From contig NC_134471.1 of NCBI RefSeq assembly GCF_964194025.1, positions 41,292,001 through 41,356,000 of the forward strand: a stretch of DNA of 64,000 nucleotides. Reading direction: 5' to 3'. Each line of letters starts with the position of its first letter. Position 1 is the stretch's first letter. The notes under the pieces were generated by a model. That model was not told the origin of the DNA. It ran no database searches and saw nothing but the letters and a program-made list of their open reading frames with translations. This document shows, one piece after another, positions 51,901-60,900 of this stretch. The stretch is from Convolutriloba macropyga (Eukaryota). Both the position numbers and the translations under genes were made by a program.

Positions 51901-54900
51901 AAACAATTCCATCGTTTGGTTCTTCCGTTGGATTTCCATTGCTAAAATGAACTCCAGTTGGGTAAAGTGGGTTCTGAAATTGTTGGGAAACGTTTGTTTG
52001 CGCTACTGTTGGTAACGACATTGCTGACGCCAATTTTCCGTTGTTCTGGTTTTTACTTATTGGAACAGCTGAAAATTGAGTGTTTGAAACAGTTTGAGCA
52101 GTTGCACTTTGATTGTTGTCAAAATGTAGGGGATTGTGACGACTGTCTTCGTAACAATATGGATTTGGCGTGGTCTCATTTGTCACTCTATTTGTTCCTT
52201 TTTCTAAATGAAATGGGTGCTGTAGCATTTGCTCATTCAAATTGCATGAACTTAATGTTTGGTAAGTATTGGTTTTGTTAATTGAGCAGTTATGTTGAAG
52301 TGAGTTTTGTAAATCTAATGCAAGACGTTGTATGCTTTGATCTTCTCTTTTGTTATTTTGGGGGAACAGAAGACTTTTTTTTGGTCTAACTGTGGCATTT
52401 GCTGGTTGAGTCATTGGCATTTCGGGCATTGTGATCAGCTTTGAACTAGAAAACTGGTTCAATTCTCCAATTGATGAGTGAAATAATTCCGGTTGGTTAT
52501 CAATAGATTCAACAGGAAATAAGACTGCAGTTTGATTCATTGGAATGGAGGGTTGTTGAATTGAAGCAAACTGGTTGAAAGTGTTCTCTTGCTCTCTGAG
52601 AACAACGTTGTGTTCTGGGGATTGAGGATTACTCAAGACAAATCTGTCTTGAATGTTTGCTCTGGATAATAGGGTTGATGCTGGTGTTGGGGCTGCTAAC
52701 AACGACATTGATTGATTTATGTGTTCAACGGTCGTAAAATTTTTTACTGATTCTTCAGTCAATTCTCTTGTATCCTGCGCAAATTGTCTGTTGCTCTGAA
52801 GGAATTTGGAGAAGGTTGGTTTTATTTTCTCCTTGCGGAAGGAAAAACGATGGTTTCGCCGGTCTTTTGGGGGCACTGGAGGGGAGACATCGCTGGCAGG
52901 GTTCTTTACTGTCATGTTGTTTTGCTCTGAGTTTTGGGAAACCGGTGTCAATCGATGCGACTCGAGCTGTCTTTTTGAGGACTGTGAGACGCAGCTGATG
53001 TCATCGCGCACTCGAATTGATGATTGACTCAATTGACCATCATTGTCGAGACTGTTGACTTCTAGTTCCAATTTTTCTAGACGAGAGATCAAGTTCGATT
53101 GACGTTTCATGACTGAGTTTATGCTACCAGAGCTTACATTTTCGATCATGATGCTGTCAAGGTTTGTCTTCAGCTCTTCAACGCTCTCCTTGATTTTGTT
53201 GATCAACAATGAAAGAGTGCGGAAGCTTTTTCTCTGCTCAACGGATGTCTGTAAGAGATCAAGCTGATTTTTCATGTTGAGCTCAGTCATTTTGAACTTG
53301 TTCAATGCGTATTGCAACTTCTGGCTGTTTTCTTTTGTCATCTTGATGAACCGGCTGTAGTCAACTCGTAATGGTTCTGTCGTATGTAAAGTAAAGATAA
53401 AAATGGCTCAAAATTTACTGAGCGACGACTTTTTTGGTAAATTAAAAACCTCTTAAGTTTATGTAGGCTAATCAGCCTAGCTCTTTTCGTTCAAAAATAA
53501 CGGCGCAATTTTTCACAAAACAGGAATCCTAAAAGTGTTTTTTTTGGGTACTAAATCTAGCTAAAAATTTTCTTAAAAAAAGGAAAAACTAAGCGTTCGC
53601 GCGTGTGTACCGTTGATTTGTTGAACAGGACCAAATAATTGCTTTCATTTTTTTTACAGATATGACTTCGCAACGATCCTCCTGTAAGTTTTCGTCCTCC
53701 TTTAATCACAATCAAGGTACCAGAAAAAAATTTACTGAAGTGTTTTCTTTTTTTGTGTGTGTGGAGTTTTAGGAACAAATAAAACCTAAAACCAAACAAA
53801 CTAAATCTATATTGACACTTCTTCAAAATAAGTTAATTTTTTTTAGAATTTAAAATGCGGTGCGACCAGGCAACGTGAGCTACAGACAAGCAGAGAAAAC
53901 TGGTTGCTTAAAAGCTGGGTCTACTTTGAAGCACTTTTCCAAGAAATTCATTTTTCATTTTTCATCAATGTTGAACTTTGCAAGTCGGCTTTGAAGCCTA
54001 AATATTCAAAAACTTGCACTAATCGTTTGAGAAAAGAAGCAAAAGATACGAAACTCTGTTTGTTGTAGTCATTGTTCGGACGCCAGGCTTCCAGTTGATT
54101 GATGAAAGCATTCACAACAATGCTGGGATCTCCGAAGTGATCCATGAGCTCTTTCAAAGCAATCGCGTAGTAAGCTGGGTCACACGAGTAGGCTTGAATT
54201 TTTTCTTTGGCTTTTCCTACGACCGAGTTCTGTAAGTATGTTATACGGTGTGTATCCGTAAGGCTAGTATTATTGTGAACTAGGTTGAAAAAAATGTTTA
54301 TCCACTCATGGTATTTCAGTGGGTTACCATTGAAACTTGATATTGTTATTGGTGGAAGTTAAATGGAATTTTTGTTTGTTGTTTGTAAATTAAAATTATT
54401 TTCAAATGGGATTGTTTCTGTTTGTATTTCAGTTCGTGGCTGAAACAGTTGCTTTCCAGAAAAAGACAAATTTGGAATTTGTTTCGAATTTCCCGAAATG
54501 TTCGGTTGGCTAATATGTTGAGTAAAGGGGGGAAGAACTGTTTGGTAGTTTGTAAAGGGATTTTCCGGAGTAAGCTAACAATTAGGTGGCTGAGATGATG
54601 TACAGCAAACAAAGTTGGTACCTTGGTTGCTGAGTCTTGTTTTGGAGGGGAAAACAATTCCATCGTTTGGTTCTTCCGTTGGATTTCCATTGCTAAAATG
54701 AACTCCAGTTGGGTAAAGTGGGTTCTGAAATTGTTGGGAAACGTTTGTTTGCGCTACTGTTGGTAACGACATTGCTGACGCCAATTTTCCGTTGTTCTGG
54801 TTTTCACTTATTGGAACAGCTGAAAATTGAGTGTTTGAAACAGTTTGAGCAGTTGCACTTTGATTGTTGTCAAAATGTAGGGGATTGTGACGACTGTCTT

Positions 54901-57900
54901 CGTAACAATATGGATTTGGCGTGGTCTCATTTGTCACTCTATTTGTTCCTTTTTCTAAATGAAATGGGTGCTGTAGCATTTGCTCATTCAAATTGCATGA
55001 ACTTAATGTTTGGTAAGTATTGGTTTTGTTAATTGAGCAGTTATGTTGAAGTGAGTTTTGTAAATCTAATGCAAGACGTTGTATGCTTTGATCTTCTCTT
55101 TTGTTATTTAAGGGAACAGAAGACTTTTCTTTTGGTCTAACTGTGGCATTTGCTGGTTGAGTCATTGGCATTTCGGGCATTGGGATCAGCTTTGAACTAG
55201 AAAACTGGTTCAATTCTCCAATTGATGAGTGAAATAATTCCGGCTGGTTATCAATAGATTCAACAGGAAATAAGACTGCAGTTTTATTCATTGGAATGGA
55301 GGGTTGTTGAATTGAAGCAAACTGGTTGAAAGTGGTCTCTTGCTCTCGGAGAACAACGTTGTGTTCTGGGGATTGAGGATTACTCAAGACAAATCTGTCT
55401 TGAATGTTTGCTCTGGATAATAGGGTTGATGCTGGTGTTGGGGCTGCTAACAACGACATTGATTGATTTATGTGTTCAACGGTCGTAAAATTTTTTACTG
55501 ATTCTTCAGTCAATTCTCTTGTATCCTGAGCAAATTGTCTGTTGCTCTGAAGGAATTTGGAGAGAAGGTTGGTTTTATTTTCTCCTTGCGGAAGGAAAAA
55601 CGATGGTTTCGCCGGTCTTGGGGGCACTGGAGGGGAGACATCGCTGGCAGGGTTCTTTACTGTCATGTTGTTTTGCTCTGAGTTTTGGGAAACCGGTGTC
55701 AATCGATGCGACTCGAGCTGTCTTTTTGAGGACTGTGAGACGCAGCTGATGTCATCGCGCACTCGAGTTGATGATTGACTCAATTGACCATCATTGTCGA
55801 GACTGTTGACTTCTAGTTCCAATTTTTCTAGACGAGAGATCAAGTTCGATTGACGTTTCATGACTGAGTTTATGCTACTAGAGCTTACATTTTCCATCAT
55901 GATGCTGTCAAGGTTTGTCTTCAGCTCTTCAACGCTCTCCTTGATTTTGTTGATCAACAATGAAAGAGTGCGGAAGCTTTTTCTCTGCTCAACGGATGTC
56001 TGTAAGAGATCAAGCTGATTTTTCATGTTGAGCTCAGTCATTTTGACTTGTTCAATGCGTATTGCAACTTCTGGCTGTTTTCTTTTGTCATCTTGATGAA
56101 CCGGCTGTAGTCAACTCGTAATGGTTCTGTCGTATGTAAAGTAAAGTTAAAAATGGCTCAAAATTTACTGAGCGACGATTTTTGGTAAATTAAAAACCTC
56201 TTAAGTTTATGTAGGCTAATCAGCCTAGCTCTTTTCGTTCAAAAATAACGGCGCCATTTTTCACAAAACAGGAATCCTAAAGGTGTTTTTTTGGGTACTA
56301 AATCTAGCTAAAAAAAGGAAAAACTAAGCGTTCGCGCGTGTGTACCGTTGATTTGTTGAACAGGACCAAATAATTGCTTTCATTTTTTACAGATATGACT
56401 TCGCAACGATCCTCCTGTAAGTTTTCGTTCTCCTTTAATCACAATCAAGGTACCAGAAAAAAATTTACTGAAGTGTTTTCTTTTTTTGTGTGTGTGGAGT
56501 TTTAGGAACAAATAAAACCTAAAACCAAACAAACTAAATCTATATTGACACTTCTTCAAAATAAGTTAATTTTTTTAGAATTTAAAATGCGGTGCGACCA
56601 GGCAACGTGAGCTACAGACAAGCAGAGAAAACTGGTTGCTTAAAAGCTGGGTCTACTTTGAAGCACTTTTCCAAGAAATTCTGTTTTGCGATTCTTATGA
56701 AGTTAAGGACAACTGCTACCACTAAACTGCTTGTATTTGTTTCTGGATATTATCTACCACCTATGAATTGCTCATCTTTACTTTGGTGACTACTGCGACC
56801 CAACGGAAAAACACTCCTCTTCAGTTGGTGACTACTGAGACCAAAGGGGGAAAAGGGACTTCTTTCGGCAACTTCTGAGACCGCGGTCAAATTCTGAGAC
56901 CGAGACGTTTGAGTTTTCCAACTTAAAGGGACTATATGCGTGAAAAAATTTGAGTGGGGAATTATTCGAGAGCTTTCGATTTACTTCTTTTTGAGAAAAA
57001 AGGAAAATAGATCTTATCTTCTCTTTTTATTTCTCTTGAGAAAGTATTTTCAGTGTATACTACTGAATTAACTAGATGCGCGGCTAGTAGTATGCAAAAT
57101 GAAAACAAAATAAGTGTAAATGTTGGGTTTTCTTAGGAAAGCATACTACCCCATTAGCTAGGCTCGCGGCTAGTAGTATGCAATTAAGATCAAAGAAAAC
57201 ACAAACCTCTTTGTTGGTTTTTTTTGTCAGAAGCTTTACAGTAATTTTCTGTCTGTTCTTTTCGGTTTTGCAGAATGGTGATATAGTTTTTCAGCTTGTT
57301 TTGTAATGAACTGAGGAGGTATATAAAAGAGCATTTTTTGAAAATTGATTGATTTTTTCTTTAATAAGAAAAAAAACGTTAGAAAAAACGTTTTTTGATT
57401 TTTATATAACAGAGAAACAAATTTGCCACTTTTCTGTTACTTCTTCGCAGTTTTGCAAGGGGATGAAATAAAATTTCAGATTGTCTTCAAACAAACAGAA
57501 GGAGCTATTTCGAACGCTTTCTTGTTATCTACTGAAATTTTCCAGTAAACATTAGAAAAACGTTTTTTTTTGTTTTTTAAGCAAAAGAAGCAAATTTGCA
57601 AATTTCAAGTTACCTCTTTATAAGTTTGTTTATTCAATCAACTCATTTTGAAGCTTGTTTTCCTTCAAAACCAGGGGGATTATCAATGGGTTTCAGTGGA
57701 ACTATTAAATGCTTTATTCAAAACGTTAGGAAAACGTTTTTTTGAATTTTTTGATTCAAAGAAGCAATTTTTGTCAAAATTGAGTTGCTTCTTTACAAAA
57801 TTGCGAAATCGATAAACTGATTTTGAAGCTTATTTTCCAACAAACCCAGTGGGGCTAATCAATGGGATTTTTGGATTTATTAAAAGCTTTTACCAAAAGC

Positions 57901-60900
57901 GTTAGAAAAACGTTTTTTTTTATTTTTGTAGTCAAGGAAGGAAGCAAATTTTGTCAAAATTGAGTTGCTTCCTTACAAAATTGCAAAACCGATAAATTGA
58001 TTTTGAATCTTCTTTTCCAACGAACCCAAGGGGGCTAATCAATGGGTTTTTGGATTTATTAAAAGGTTTTCCCTAAAACGTTAGAAAAACGTTTTTTGAT
58101 TTTTGACGCTCAAAAAGGCACTTTTGCGACTTTCTCATATTTTGAGCAAAAATTTTACATAAGGTGTTCAACCAAAATAAAGTTGATTTTAGGTCCAACT
58201 GAAGTGTTCTATTCAAATAAAAATTTTACTTTCATGTAGATTTTTTGCGACAAAATGGGAAAATTGTTTTTGAATTTTTCCGATGCAAAAAACGCTATAT
58301 CGTTTTTTCGGGCAATTTGTGTTTTTTTTTTCGTTAATTGCTGACTTGTAGTTGCTCACGGCTATTTCTTTCATAAACTATCTACCAAAAGCTCGTTGGG
58401 GGAAAATTTTTGTGTGTTTGAGATTTTTTGTCGCAAAAAAATCACGTTTTTTTTGGATACGTCTAACCGGGGAAAGGACTTCTAAGGTGACGTCTGGAAC
58501 CTCGGGCGATCATCTCTTGGTGACGTCTGTAACCAAAAAAATGTCAGTTCTTCTTGGTCGGGTGACGTCTGAAAACCCTTGAAAAAAAACTCTTCGTCTT
58601 TGGTTGGCTCGTCTGCAATAAGAAACTCTTCCTCTGTCGTAGTCTTGGATATTAGTCTTGGGGTGTGCTCATGCCCCCTCTTTGTTTCAAAAAAAATTAA
58701 ATTTAATTCAGAAGGTTTTATGTCCTTATTATCAAGGCGGATGGTCACCAAAATTATGTTTTAAAACATATCTCTAACCTAATCATTTGTTAAAAGAGCA
58801 CGTCTAAGTTTCACGTTGTTGGACAAAAGAGTCAAGTTTTTGTTGCAATTTTGGCGGTTTTTAAATCATCTTGAAAGTTGCAATAACATTGGCAACATAT
58901 GTCACCCAACGAGAGGGGGACTACAGAATTTAAACCAACGGAAAGGCAGTTCGAGAAACACATAAAGAGAAGATCACTCAAAAAGACTCAGAATGCCAAT
59001 ATCTCCATGTTTATTTTAGAAAAAAACAATGATGAGCTGTGCAAATCTCATTTTATCCGTTTTAACTGTACTTTGAATGCAAATCTTCACACTGACTAGC
59101 TATAAGGAAACAAAAAGAATTTGCAACTGAAGAATTATTTTGGTTTTGATTTGTTTTGATCTATTGTCTGAAAGTTTTTTAATTTCTTTTATTTTACTTT
59201 TTAATAAAACAGTAACTTTGAGGGGCAACTCTATGGGGCACTATGTTAGTCTCCATCCGTGTTTTTTTCATTGATGTCATCGTTTAACTGCTGCCCTGCT
59301 GCAATTTTCACGCTGTGCTTTTGAAGCTTTACGTTAACTTCATGGACACTAAGGAAAATAGAGCCACAAAAGAGTTCAAAGAACGTTGCAAGCCATTTGG
59401 AAGTGGTTGGATCCTGTGTGCGCTCATGACCACGCTGTACACGATGTCTACGACAGACTCCTTACCTAGAACCAACCAGGTTCATGGTGACCCTGTTCGA
59501 AGCCTCGACTTATGAAAAAACCTATAATGTATGAGGCGGCAGGTATAAAAAGACTTTAATTACATGGTCGAGGGCCCAGTTAAAGTCAAGCTAATTTCTT
59601 TTCATATACGAAAATGAATCAAGCTGAAAATTTACGCCAACACCTGGGTTCAAGCTTGTGGCCTTCTCCAACAGTACACAATGGTTAACTAGTTGCGCTG
59701 CGTCTCCTTAATTTTGAAGGAAAATAAAAACAAGACATTGCTACGGTTGCGAGTGTAATTCCAGGAAACATTTTATTGTCAAGCCAAATTCCAGTACACG
59801 TTTTATTGTCCAGCTAAATTCCAGGATACGTTTTATTGCCCAGCTAAATTCCAGGACACGTTTTATTGTCCAGCTAAATTCCAGGACACGTTTTATTGTC
59901 CAGCTAAATTCCAGGACACGTTTTATTGTCCAGCTAAAGTCCAGGACACGTTTTATTGTCCAGCTAAATTCCAGGACACGTTTTGTTGTCTAGCTGAAAT
60001 TTTATATTTATTTGGACTTAGGTTCTTCTCCCAACATGAGAGCTTTGATTCAACCCCTTTTTGTTAAGGCAACCTAGTTTTTCGGTTTAATTCCGTTTCA
60101 ACTGGAGCTTAGTCTTCTATCATAACCTCAAAGACCACCATGCTTCGTTCAGATAAAATCGGAAAACTTTCCAGACCTGTTTCAACATCTAGTCATGTAG
60201 CCTGCTGAGAGAAAATTCCAGTGGGGATCTGGGAGGACATTATTGGCAAGAGAACAATCAAGATTGGATCTCTCTGCCCACCCAAAACCCTAAGTGTTGG
60301 GTTAGTCATTCACCACGAGTAGCTTCAGTTTTCCATTTAATTACATCGCGAAATATTGAGCCGAGATTTCTTGTTCTCTTGGCAGAGAAAATGGAACTTC
60401 CAAGATTTTTTTTGCAGAGGGCGTGATTGTGCCATTATTGAGGTTTATGGGCAGTTTTCAACAGATCGTTTTAACGATTTGTTTATAATTCTATGACAAA
60501 TTTCTTGGGATATCAAAATTTCGCATAGTTCGGTGTGGTAAGAGAGATTTACGTATTGGATTATCTCTGATCCGAGTTTATGAGATGCCGTGAGTGAAAT
60601 TTGGATGGATTTTTATATAACTATCAGACAAGAAACTGAAAAGCGTACGCTGATGTTATGTTGGTGATATGTTTGCAACCATGGTGATATCAACAAAACT
60701 CTATGCATTGAGTTTTTCCAAGTTCCTACCCAGGTTCTGGACTCTCCATTCTACAATCTTTCACTTTTGGGTCTTCCCGGACTTTATGCCCTCCCCCAGT
60801 TGTGGAAAAAAGATCAAATAGATTCCTTTAGCCAACCTTGGTAGATGGTAGATTATGTTATTACTTCAGATTTTAGGCAAAACTGTGTTAACGATTTACC

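Larger units (their letters stand above)
43257..58897 (-). mobile_element. BEL/Pao LTR retrotransposon copy 2 with internal tandem triplication
   Basis: 141-bp LTRs at 43257-43397 and 58757-58897 (2 adjacent mismatches; 8 bp shorter than copy 1 LTRs); TSD TATGT at 43252-43256 and 58898-58902; same family as copy 1. Confidence 0.95.

Noticed and set aside
60050-60800. Possible old LINE remnant (RNLGSIF..KW on the minus strand)
   Set aside because: Single weak motif, no RT core recognisable
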